A stretch of DNA of 32,000 nt from Candidatus Omnitrophota bacterium. GTDB taxonomy: Bacteria; Omnitrophota; Gorgyraeia; 2-01-FULL-45-10. Below are positions 19,299 through 27,243 of the stretch, piece by piece; positions within the stretch are counted from its first letter, which is position 1; each line of letters starts with the position of its first letter. The translations under genes and the position numbers were made by a program. The stretch spans positions 210,001 to 242,000 of the forward strand of contig JAMWCX010000002.1 in assembly GCA_023818895.1 (NCBI GenBank), given 5' to 3'. The notes beneath the pieces were generated by a model. The model worked only from the letters and a program-made list of their open reading frames with translations, was not told the DNA's origin and made no database searches.

Positions 19299-20950
19299 GC
19301 TTTAAGCACCGCTCCTTCCGACGCCGAGCCCACAGCCTTCGCGTATCTTGCCAGATACCCCTCCCTCTCCTTCGGCTCCGGCGCCTTCCATTTCTCAAGG
19401 CGCGCTTTGATCTCCGCATCGTTCAAATCCAGCGCCAGCTTTCGCGCTGGGATATCTATGACGATCGTATCGCCATCTTGGACTATCGCGAGCGGACCGC
19501 CGACTTGCGCCTCTGGCGAAATATGGCCTATGCACGGCCCTTGCGTTCCGCCGGAGAACCTTCCGTCGGTGATCAAGGCAACGTCATTAGAAAGCCCCAT
19601 GCCCACGATGGCTGCTGTCGGTGAAAGCATCTCCCTCATGCCGGGGCCGCCTTTCGGGCCTTCGTAACGGATGACGACACAGTCGCCCTTCTTTATCTTG
19701 CCTGCCATGATATCCTGCATGGCAGACTCCTCCGAATCAAAAACGCGGGCCTTACCCTTAAATTTCATCACTGACTCAGAGACGGCTGTCTGCTTTATGA
19801 CACACCCTTCCGGCGCCAGATTACCTTTAAGTACAGCTATGCCTCCTTCGGCATGATAAGCGTTCTTGTAATCGCGAATCACATTTTCATCCAATATTTG
19901 CGCCTCGTTGGCGATCTGGCTTATATTCTTTCCGCTTACTGTCATTACGTCATTCAGCTGATTCTTCATGCGTTTCATAATTGCCGGGATGCCACCGGCA
20001 GACTCGAGGTCTTCCATGAAATGCTCACCGGCCGGAAGGATATTAGTTATGTGCGGCGTAGAGCGCGATATCCTGTCGAACATCTCAAGAGGTATGTCGA
20101 TGCCGAATTCCTTGGCCACAGCGATGATATGAAGCACTGTATTGGTTGAGCCGCCGAGCGCCATATCGATCTTTATGGCATTCTCGAACGCCTCTTTGCG
20201 GCAAATGGTCCTGGGCAGCACATTGCGCTTCACGAGATTCACTATCTTCTCGCCGGACTCTTGCGCGATCCTGTCCTTCTTCGCTGAGACAGCAAGAGCG
20301 CTGGCGCATCCCGGCATGCTTAAACCCAACGCCTCGGTGACGCAAGCCATTGAATTGGCCGTGTAGAGGCCCTGACAGGAACCGGCGCCTGGGCAGGCGC
20401 ACATCTCAAGTGTCGAAAGTTCCTCAAGAGAAATATCCCCTTTCTTGCACCTTCCAACAGCCTCGAAAGTATCCTTAACCAGCGAAAGCCTCCTTCCCCG
20501 CAAGTTTCCGCTCAGCATAGGGCCGGCCGTCACTACGATGGCCGGAACATTTAGCCTTCCGACAGCCATCAGCATGCCCGGCGTTATCTTATCGCAATTG
20601 GTAAGGCACACCAGGCCGTCAAGCTGATGGGCCTTCATGATGCACTCTATCATATCAGCTATAAGCTCGCGCGATGCCAGCGAATAACGCATCCCCGTGT
20701 GGCCCATAGCGATACCATCACAAATTCCGGGAACACCGAAGAAAAAAGGAACTCCGCCGCCTGCAGCTATACCGCGCTCGATAAACCGCTCCAGTCTCGG
20801 CATGTGAATGTGGCCCGGAATAAGGTCAGTCCTTGAGGTAACAACACCAATAAACGGCTTGGCCATATCCTCCCTGGATATTCCCGTAGCGTACAAAAGG
20901 CTCCTTGCGCCGGCCCTTTCAATACCTTTCTTTATCTTATCACTACGCAT
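19295..20950 (-). CDS. ilvD: Dihydroxy-acid dehydratase
   Basis: [34 protein letters not shown], and the C-terminal [15 protein letters not shown] 20950 has AAGGAGA 6 nt upstream. The ORF-track start at 20971 lies inside promoter-proximal leader sequence. Confidence 0.95.
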   Translation of the reverse strand: MRSDKIKKGIERAGARSLLYATGISREDMAKPFIGVVTSRTDLIPGHIHMPRLERFIERGIAAGGGVPFFFGVPGICDGIAMGHTGMRYSLASRELIADMIECIMKAHQLDGLVCLTNCDKITPGMLMAVGRLNVPAIVVTAGPMLSGNLRGRRLSLVKDTFEAVGRCKKGDISLEELSTLEMCACPGAGSCQGLYTANSMACVTEALGLSMPGCASALAVSAKKDRIAQESGEKIVNLVKRNVLPRTICRKEAFENAIKIDMALGGSTNTVLHIIAVAKEFGIDIPLEMFDRISRSTPHITNILPAGEHFMEDLESAGGIPAIMKRMKNQLNDVMTVSGKNISQIANEAQILDENVIRDYKNAYHAEGGIAVLKGNLAPEGCVIKQTAVSESVMKFKGKARVFDSEESAMQDIMAGKIKKGDCVVIRYEGPKGGPGMREMLSPTAAIVGMGLSNDVALITDGRFSGGTQGPCIGHISPEAQVGGPLAIVQDGDTIVIDIPARKLALDLNDAEIKARLEKWKAPEPKEREGYLARYAKAVGSASEGAVLKA

Positions 20951-20988
20951 ATAGCTCTCCTTTTCCCACATTATAGAATCGGGTTAAA

Positions 20989-21017
20989 ATTATATAATAT
21001 TAGCATATATATGTCAA
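20989..21017 (-). promoter_or_regulatory. Consensus sigma70-type promoter for the ilvD-ilvB-ilvN-ilvC-leuA operon
   Basis: On the minus strand: TTGACA (21017-21012), a 17-nt spacer TATATATGCTAATATTA, then TATAAT (20994-20989). An A/T-rich tract (ATTCTATTTATT) lies immediately upstream. The leader to ATG 20950 is about 30 nt. Confidence 0.75.
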
Positions 21018-21029
21018 ATAAATAGAATC

Positions 21030-21052
21030 CCCCGCCTGGACTCCAGGCGGGG
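21030..21052 (-). terminator. GC-rich hairpin, the second of two tandem terminator-like structures after the anti-sigma gene
   Basis: On the minus strand: CCCCGCCUG-GAGUC-CAGGCGGGG (9-bp stem, 5-nt loop), followed by the U-rich but interrupted tract GAUUCUAUUUAUUU. Confidence 0.55.
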
Positions 21053-21057
21053 TACAT

Positions 21058-21105
21058 AAAAAATGCCGACCTGCCGAATCTTTTCACCAAGCTTAGCAGG
21101 CCGGC
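21058..21105 (-). terminator. Rho-independent terminator downstream of the 21132-21857 gene
   Basis: On the minus strand: GCCGGCCUGC, a 21-nt loop, then GCAGGUCGGC (10-bp stem with one G-U pair), followed by A-UUUUUU. Confidence 0.65.
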
Positions 21106-21131
21106 AAAATCACCATGAAAAAGCGGATTAC

Positions 21132-21857
21132 CTACTTAACACTGCCGCTACTACCTATCCTGCGTAGCCCGGCTAGCGCCTCATCTATTTCCGGGCTATG
21201 CGGATATTCGGAGATTACCCTCTCGTAGGCCGCCTTCGCTTTTACGGGATCGTGAATCTTTTCTTCGTATATGATGCCGATCGCGCACTGGGCTACGCTT
21301 CCCAGGGCTGATCGCGGATATTTATCTACGACGTACTGGAAGGCCTTAACAGCTTTTTCATGCTCACCCATGCGCTCGTAATATGCGCCTATGAAAATCG
21401 GCATGCTGGACTGACCCGGCGCGGCTGGCCCGAACGCGGACGGCGGCGAGACCATGGAAGAACCAAACATAGCTCCGATGCCTTTATCGGCATAAAGCGG
21501 CGCGGCGTTGAGAAGCTCTCTGGTCCTTAACTTGTTAGTTTCGAGGAGAATCGACCCGTCAATCCTTGCGGAATACAAAGCCTCTTTTTCCGCTTTTTCG
21601 TTGGTGGCGGAAGATCCGGGCAAAAAGATGTTCCTGTAACCCAGCACCGCTGCGACCATTACCACAGCCACCGCCATGACCGCGGCCGCCATCCGCATGG
21701 CCGCGTAGTAGTCGATACCCGCCGAAGCCTCCGGCATGGTGTAAAGGCGATGTATGAACTCATCGGTCCTTGAGGCCGGAAGCTCGCGCTGACCAAGCGC
21801 GCCAAGCATGCCTTTGATCGCATCCTGGATTTTCTGGTCGTTATCTCTTGCGAACAT
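21132..21857 (-). CDS. Membrane-anchored anti-sigma-like protein with a C-terminal TPR domain. It is a paralog of 25349-26650 but lacks the FecR domain.
   Basis: The N-terminus MFARDNDQKIQDAIKGMLGALGQRELPASRTDEFIHRLY aligns with MRPTPDDRTIERRIKELVGRPPESRLPDSRAKEFVARLY of the paralog. There is a single TM (AAAVMAVAVVMVAAVLGY). The C-terminal TPR/YbgF-like region IGAYYERMGEHEKAVKAFQYVVDKYPRSALGSVAQCAIGIIYEEK is near-identical in pattern to the paralog. The start is set at ATG 21857 (GGGGGTGAAGGCG between the sigma TAG and the ATG) rather than the ORF-track 21881. Confidence 0.7.
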   Translation of the reverse strand: MFARDNDQKIQDAIKGMLGALGQRELPASRTDEFIHRLYTMPEASAGIDYYAAMRMAAAVMAVAVVMVAAVLGYRNIFLPGSSATNEKAEKEALYSARIDGSILLETNKLRTRELLNAAPLYADKGIGAMFGSSMVSPPSAFGPAAPGQSSMPIFIGAYYERMGEHEKAVKAFQYVVDKYPRSALGSVAQCAIGIIYEEKIHDPVKAKAAYERVISEYPHSPEIDEALAGLRRIGSSGSVK

Positions 21858-21870
21858 CGCCTTCACCCCC

Positions 21871-22461
21871 CTAAAATTCATCCTTAAGTTTAAGCAGGAA
21901 CTTATACAATATCTTACGCGCTCTCAGCACATGCGTGCCAACCGTCTTGGCGTTTGTATTCAATATGCCGGCGGCCTCCTCGTGAGTAAACCCCTCGACA
22001 TCGCACAGAAGAAGCGCGTGCCTGTATTTTTCGCTTAACTTTAAAAGAGCCTTCTCAATTATCTCCCGTATCTCGCCGCGCATCGCTGTGTGATCGGGCC
22101 TCTGCATCTCGTCCGCGATCATGTCGCCGATCGACTCATCGCTTCCTTCGGCTGAGGGCTGGTCAAGAGAGACGTCGGCGAGCTTTCTTTTCCTAAACTC
22201 CTTCTTGGCGCAATTTGTCGCTATCCTGTAGACCCACGGCAGGAACCTGCCCTCCTCTTCATAGTCCTTGAGGTGGTTATACACGTTCATGAACGTCTCA
22301 AGGGTAAGGTCCTGCGCCTTTTCGTCGTCGGCGAGGTATCTCGACAGGTAGCTGTATATCCTGTTCTTGTGCCTCTTGAAAAGAACGACAAAGGCCTCTT
22401 TATCCCCGGCCTTCGCTTTAGCCACCAGTTGTTCGTCGGTCGGCTGTATCTCTTTATCCAC
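21871..22461 (-). CDS. ECF-type (group 4) RNA polymerase sigma-70 family factor, intact copy
   Basis: 196 aa. Region 2: AFVVLFKRHKNRIYSYLSRYLADDEKAQDLTLETFMNVYNHL...FLPWVYRIATNCAKKEFRKRK. Region 4 HTH: YRHALLLCDVEGFTHEEAAGILNTNAKTVGTHVLRARKIL. The start is GTG 22461 with no obvious SD. Confidence 0.85.
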   Translation of the reverse strand: MDKEIQPTDEQLVAKAKAGDKEAFVVLFKRHKNRIYSYLSRYLADDEKAQDLTLETFMNVYNHLKDYEEEGRFLPWVYRIATNCAKKEFRKRKLADVSLDQPSAEGSDESIGDMIADEMQRPDHTAMRGEIREIIEKALLKLSEKYRHALLLCDVEGFTHEEAAGILNTNAKTVGTHVLRARKILYKFLLKLKDEF

Positions 22462-22616
22462 TAATATAATCCGTTAAATAAGATAATATCTTCAATTTTT
22501 TATCGATCAGCCCGTCCGGATCCTGCTTGCCTAATCAGCACTGCCTCGTCGCCGAGCCTACCGGCCGCTATCTCACAAATCGATAGTTTTTTAATCTGCT
22601 AAACTTTCAACTTAAA

Positions 22617-22645
22617 ATTTTATAATAATATGGTATAGGTGTCAA
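22617..22645 (-). promoter_or_regulatory. Sigma70-type promoter upstream of the intact ECF sigma gene
   Basis: On the minus strand: TTGACA (22645-22640), a 17-nt spacer CCTATACCATATTATTA, then TAAAAT (22622-22617). It is preceded by ATTCTATTTGTT, nearly the same A/T tract as at the ilvD promoter. This implies a 5' UTR of about 150 nt. Confidence 0.6.
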
Positions 22646-22753
22646 ACAAATAGAATTATATACTCATCATTGTGATATAGGGCGGGATACAGAAACTGCC
22701 CGGTATAAAATCATTCCAGAGCATCGTGGGCTGGCGAGATGGCTTTCGTCATG

Positions 22754-25168
22754 CTAATAAATTATTTTGCCCTCGTCCCATCCTATAAATGGATTTACGA
22801 AGAATTTTCCTATGGTCCTGCAGAAGGCTAGGCTCTTCTCCACCAGACCCCAATTGTAACCGACAAGCCCTTCTACCCACGCGTAACCGTTGACGGCGCC
22901 GTAAGCCCTGGAATAATAAATCCATCCCCTTGAGCCGTTTCCACCGACGAGGCCGCCGACACAGTTATTTCCCGTTACGGTTCCGTTTGTAATCGCATGG
23001 AGAAAGCCGTTATTCCAGCCGACAGCGCCTCCGACAAAATTGGAGCCGTTCACAGCTACATACGCTATGGTAGCTTTGATAACTCCCGTATTGCCGCCGG
23101 CGACCCCGCCGACACCGTCCGTTCCACGCGCGGAGCCGGTGACGCTGCAACCTTCGATAACACCGCTGTTCCAGCCGGCGATAGTGCCGACGCGTGAACT
23201 GCCCGCTACGGTTGCGTTCACCAGGTTTACATTCCTGATCGTGCCGCTATTTCCGGTTACCAGCCCGATATCTGAGGTATAAGGCTGGTTTATATAAAGG
23301 TTTATTATTTTATATCCATTACCGTCTAACGTGCCGGAAAAAGCCCCGAGCGGTTCAAAACCAATATAATAACCCGGCTTGGTATTGGACCATTTCCACT
23401 GAGCGCTCGCGGAAGCATCAATATCCCGCCTCTGGATAAAGGTACCGTCAAGTTTGTTACCGATACACGCAAGGTCGACGATATTATATATATTTGTTGA
23501 ATATGAGCCTTTATAGTTATGCCAATATCCATTAAGAATATAATATCTGTATAAACCGAAATCGATATAACCCCACCCTCCGATAATACCGCCTATGTCA
23601 CCGGATCCTTCGACTACGCCGGTAAATATAGAATCACCTATAACCACCGACGTCTTGCCGCTTTGAAATCCCATGATACCCCCTACATTGCTTATTCCGG
23701 AAACAGCACCTCTGGATAGGGCATTACTAATACGACTGTCGGCACCTGATATTCCACCCACATAATAAGCACCGCTAATGGTAGCCTCAGACGTTGCGCC
23801 ATCAATGTGTCCGGTAGTGATTGCACCGGTTATTCCCCCAGTATAATCCATGCCTTTGATGATGCCTTTTGAAGAGACATTTCTTATCGACATGTGATTT
23901 ACCCCGGCTATCCCGCCGGTATAATTCACCCCCTCGACAGTGCCATCAAACTCGCATACCAATACCGAATTTTCATTCCACCCCACTATACCGCCGGTAT
24001 AATCTCCGCTATTTGTCACCTTTGACAAATATTTTGAATCGCGTAAATACCCTCTGTTATAACCAACAAGTCCTCCGACGTAAGAGCCGCCGCCGTTTAC
24101 GGTTCCGTAGGACGTCGATAAAGAGATCTCACCCATACGCGATACATCCAAATCATTAACTCCTGTTATTCCTCCCACATATGATGTCCCATATACAGAG
24201 CCGCGGAAGGTCGTAGAGTAAATCAATGATGCAATGTTATGACCGGCTACTCCACCTACATAACTGGAGCCTCGCGTAATTCCATAGCTAGTGCATCCAA
24301 CTATCTGAGCATACTCTATGCCTCGCTCGTTACTGCCTGCTACCCCGCCGACATAATCTACGCCGGTGACGTCGTTGTACGCATTAGAAACTCTTATTGA
24401 TCTATTATTTATTCCTGCTATACCGCCAACATAGGAGACGCCTATTACCGTACCATATGCCGCGCAGGATTCGATGTAGCCACCCCTGAGCTGGCCGGCG
24501 ATGCCGCCGACGTAATTTACGCCTCTTACGCTTCCGGTAAAAGATAAATTCCTTATACCGTAGTAGCCGATATTTCCCGCCACGCCCCCGACGTAATTCC
24601 GTCCTGTGATATAGGCGTTTAACACGTTTAAATCATAAATACGGGGAGGTGGTTCATAGCCGGGCGAATACCACCCCTCCCCACCGGTCTGCCCAAAAAT
24701 CCCCACATAGTCTTCTTCTGGTCTGTTGATATAAAGGTTCGAAATGGTATATCCTCTGCCGTTGAAAACACCCTTAAAATTATCTATTGGATCGAATCCG
24801 AGTCCGCCGTTCCATAATCGTGTTTCGCTGGCGTCTATGTCGCAGGTAAGAATATAAAATCCATAAATGTCATTCTTAATATTTTGCAGCTATAAGACGT
24901 TTGAAATGAAAAAGACGGACTGGCTGCCAAGATGGCTCGCCTGCATGATCGGCGCTTCTCTCTGTATTACGAGAGGCGACTCTAGAGCGTTCATCATCTC
25001 AACAGCCGCAGTCGCATTTTGCTGGGCTGCTATGGCTTGCTCAACAGACATGCCGGAAGCGATCTTCTTCTGGTCGTTTTCGCTTCCTACATATTGTAGC
25101 TCCGGATACGCGACTTGCGCGGCCATGAACGATACTGCGATCGCGATGCATACCGCCTTCTTGGCCAC
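22754..25168 (-). pseudogene. Secreted GLUG-motif repeat protein (805-codon reading frame) interrupted by one in-frame TAG at 24890-24892
   Basis: ORFs 24890-25168 (92 aa, signal peptide MAKKAVCIAIAVSFMAAQVA) and 22754-24706 (650 aa) are in the same frame. The 61 codons between the TAG and the first possible start (GTG 24706) have no ATG/GTG/TTG, yet they encode LQNIKNDIYGFYILTCDIDASETRLWNGGLGFDPIDNFKGVFNGRGYTISNLYINRPEEDY. That stretch is homologous to the internal module RRDIDASASAQWKWSNTKPGYYIGFEPLGAFSGTLDGNGYKIINLYINQPYTSD at aa 426-478 of the 650-aa ORF. The body carries 18 x-Y-V-G-G-[ILV]-[AVT]-G repeats, the GLUG motif. Confidence 0.75.
22847..24598 (-). repeat. Coding repeat arrays of the GLUG protein: 13 units (about 23573-24598) plus 5 units (about 22847-23194), with a period of 25-33 codons
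   Basis: Motif positions in the 650-aa ORF are 37, 64, 91, 117, 148, 175, 208, 235, 261, 287, 314, 339 and 369, then 504, 530, 556, 581 and 609. Examples are NYVGGVAG, SYVGGIAG, DYTGGIVG and NCVGGLVG. At the DNA level the recurring plus-strand signature is ccgcc(g/a)ac(a/g)ta about every 80 nt. Confidence 0.8.
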
Positions 25169-25179
25169 GCCGATGTTCC

Positions 25180-25251
25180 TTAATATAGCGCCCGCACTAT
25201 AAGCGAAAGCACAAGCGATGGTAAAGCCTCTAAATAAGTGATTGTTTTCAT
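25180..25251 (-). CDS. Either a possible 23-codon upstream ORF, or a remnant of the original GLUG-gene start displaced by a 1-nt frameshift
   Basis: The best RBS in the region, AGGAGG-GGGCC-ATG (ATG 25251-25249), opens MKTITYLEALPSLVLSLIVRALY. Its TAA (25182-25180) overlaps the AAGGA RBS of the GTG 25168 start. It is one frame off from the main ORF, which is itself open upstream to 25309. Confidence 0.3.
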   Translation of the reverse strand: MKTITYLEALPSLVLSLIVRALY

Positions 25252-25348
25252 GGCCCCCTCCTATGCTTTTTTGACCTTCTTTATTTATTTGGTTACCTGC
25301 CTGATACAGCTAAAACCCAAGAGGAAGGAATAGGAGTGTCAGACTTTT

Positions 25349-26650
25349 TTATGGCCTAACAAGGTGGTTGGATATCCTTTTTATCCCAGATTGAGCTTCT
25401 TCAATCTCTGCGCTTTGGGGATAGTCTGAGAGGACTTTCTGATATGCCTGTATCGCATTCTTTGGATCGTTCAGCTTCTCTTCATATATAATGCCTATCG
25501 CGCATTGCGCTATGCTCGCGAGATTCGAATTCGGGTATTTATCGAGTATTTTACGGAACGTCTCTATGGCTTTTTCGTGCTCCTGCAGGCGCTCGTAATA
25601 AGCCCCTATGAAAAGCAGGAACTGAACGTCGTATTTGGGGTTAGAATATTGTTCCACTATCTCTTCGAGCTGTCGTATACTCTCGAAATGCTTATCAACA
25701 GATGCGGCCCTGATCGCCTGGTTGAAGGTGTTGACGATCGCCTCCATCTTCTCGGGCAGCACACTGGGCCGCGCGCTCGCAACGTAGAGAGGCACGGCGT
25801 TCAGAAGTTCTCTGGTGCGTGTTTTGCCGGTGCTGATGAGAAGCGCGACCTGAGGTTTTCTTCCTATCGAATACAGCTCCTCGAGCTCAAGAAGCTCATT
25901 CTCCATCAGCCGCTGAGGCCTCAGCGGCGGCCTGCCGGCATGGACTGTCGTCTTTTCCCCGGCTTCCACAAATACCGTATCGATATTCGTAACCCTCACG
26001 GCGCCGTCGAGCACTCCTACCCATGTCCTATCCGCAAGCGGCAGCGCCTGAACCATGAAATCCGTCCCCACCGCCGAGACGGAGGCCTGAGGCGTCCGGA
26101 TATCGAATTGTCTGTTGACAATACCGCCCTTCTTGTAAAAGGTAAAGGCCTTGCCTTTCTCAAGCATATACTCAGTACCGCCCGGCGAAGCCCTTGAGAA
26201 AGATCTCGCCAGCTTTATCTCGGAATCGCCTTTAAGCCGCATATGGTACGAGCCCTTGACGACAAGATCGGCCTGGCCGTCAGAAAACGTCTTTACTATA
26301 TCATTTCTGGCAAGCCGCACGCCCTTCTTTTTCTTGGCGAATGTCCATTCGTTCCTGCGGGCCGAATATATCTTCACTGTACCGCTTGCGTTCTGGACAA
26401 CAGGCCCAACAGGGGAAAAGAGGAAATGGGTGGCTACGATAAATATGAGGACGGATACTGCGACAGTCGCAAAGACGCGCGCGTCCCTTAACGTGGCAAA
26501 ATAGACTATGTGCTTGGCCTCTTCGGACACCTTATAGAGCCTCGCCACGAACTCTTTGGCCCTGCTGTCCGGCAACCGGCTCTCCGGGGGCCTTCCCACG
26601 AGCTCTTTTATCCTGCGTTCTATCGTGCGGTCATCCGGAGTTGGTCTCAT
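25349..26650 (-). CDS. Membrane anti-sigma factor with a periplasmic FecR domain and a C-terminal TPR domain
   Basis: 433 aa. The cytoplasmic N-terminus is homologous to the 21132-21857 paralog, and there is one TM (VFATVAVSVLIFIVATHFLF). FecR-domain pattern: VKTFSDGQADLVVKGSYHMRLKGDSEIKL...LEKGKAFTF...FDIRTPQASVSAVGTDFMV...VGVLDGAVRV. The C-terminus has TPR repeats (FIGAYYERLQEHEKAIETFRKILDKYPNSNLASIAQCAIGIIYEEKLNDPKNAIQAYQKVLSDYPQS). It starts 5 nt after the sigma stop. Confidence 0.8.
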   Translation of the reverse strand: MRPTPDDRTIERRIKELVGRPPESRLPDSRAKEFVARLYKVSEEAKHIVYFATLRDARVFATVAVSVLIFIVATHFLFSPVGPVVQNASGTVKIYSARRNEWTFAKKKKGVRLARNDIVKTFSDGQADLVVKGSYHMRLKGDSEIKLARSFSRASPGGTEYMLEKGKAFTFYKKGGIVNRQFDIRTPQASVSAVGTDFMVQALPLADRTWVGVLDGAVRVTNIDTVFVEAGEKTTVHAGRPPLRPQRLMENELLELEELYSIGRKPQVALLISTGKTRTRELLNAVPLYVASARPSVLPEKMEAIVNTFNQAIRAASVDKHFESIRQLEEIVEQYSNPKYDVQFLLFIGAYYERLQEHEKAIETFRKILDKYPNSNLASIAQCAIGIIYEEKLNDPKNAIQAYQKVLSDYPQSAEIEEAQSGIKRISNHLVRP

Positions 26651-26655
26651 AATAC

Positions 26656-27243
26656 TCAGCCCTCAAACTCTTTTCTGAACTTCTCCAGCATCGCATACAA
26701 GGCCCTCCGCGCCCTGACAAGTCTGGTATGAATGCACTCGGTAGTGCACCCAAGTATCTTTGCCGCTTCCTCATATTTCATCTCTTCTATGTCACACAGG
26801 CATATCACCTGCCTGTATTTTTCTTCCAGCCTCGATAAGACCTTGTAAACAAATTCCTTGAGGTCATTTAACTCGGCCTCGCGGGCTGGCCCGGAGCTTC
26901 TGCCCTCCAAGATATCGCCCAGCTTGATAGCCTTTTCCTAGTCGAGAGTCTCTTCCAGGGCCACCTCTTTTCTGCTGATCTTCCTGCGCAACGCCTTCTT
27001 CGCGTAGTTTGTCGCGATACGGTATATCCACGATGAGAATACGCTCATCTCATCATATCCCGGCAGGTTATTGTACACGCTTAAGAATGTCTCAAGCGTG
27101 ACATCCTGGGCCAGTTCAGCATCCCCAAGATACCGGGAAAGATAGCCATATATCCTGTCCTTGTACCTGTTGAACAGGACTACGTATGCCTCCTTGTCGC
27201 CGGCCTTGACCTTCTCAACCAGCTCGCTATCCGCTATCTCCAT
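26656..27243 (-). pseudogene. ECF-type sigma factor paralog interrupted by a single in-frame TAG (26938-26940) between region 2 and region 4
   Basis: ORFs 26938-27243 (101 aa, region 2) and 26656-26910 (84 aa, region 4 HTH: YRQVICLCDIEEMKYEEAAKILGCTTECIHTRLVRARRAL) share one frame. Read-through gives 195 codons, against 196 for the intact paralog. The alignment ...EVALEETLD*EKAIK versus ...ADVSLDQPSAEG places the TAG opposite CAG (GAC TAG versus GAC CAG). Confidence 0.8.

Noticed and set aside
20970-20975. A second TATAAT in the ilvD leader as an alternative promoter.
   Set aside because: There is no acceptable -35 at 16-18 nt, and it overlaps the spurious upstream ATG of the ORF-track ilvD start. 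It is probably coincidental in AT-rich leader sequence.
22490-22600. A GC-rich patch in the sigma-1 leader that superficially looked tRNA-like or like a small ncRNA gene.
   Set aside because: No cloverleaf can be drawn: there is no T-loop GTTCGAATC-like sequence and no acceptor/anticodon stem complementarity. It is kept only as a possible structured 5' UTR.
24890-26940. TAG reassignment or pyrrolysine/amber-sense decoding as an explanation for the two in-frame TAGs.
   Set aside because: TAG terminates 11 of the 27 complete genes in this window at positions matching normal family C-termini (for example xerC, topA, lpxK, alr). No pyl genes or suppressor tRNA are visible here. This cannot be fully excluded without the whole genome.
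26656-27243. A deliberately split two-subunit sigma factor, with region 2 and region 4 as separate polypeptides like B. subtilis SigO-RsoA.
   Set aside because: The downstream half has only a TTG start with no RBS. The two halves are in one frame, separated by 9 sense codons. The stop aligns with CAG in the intact paralog. A point nonsense mutation is the simpler reading.
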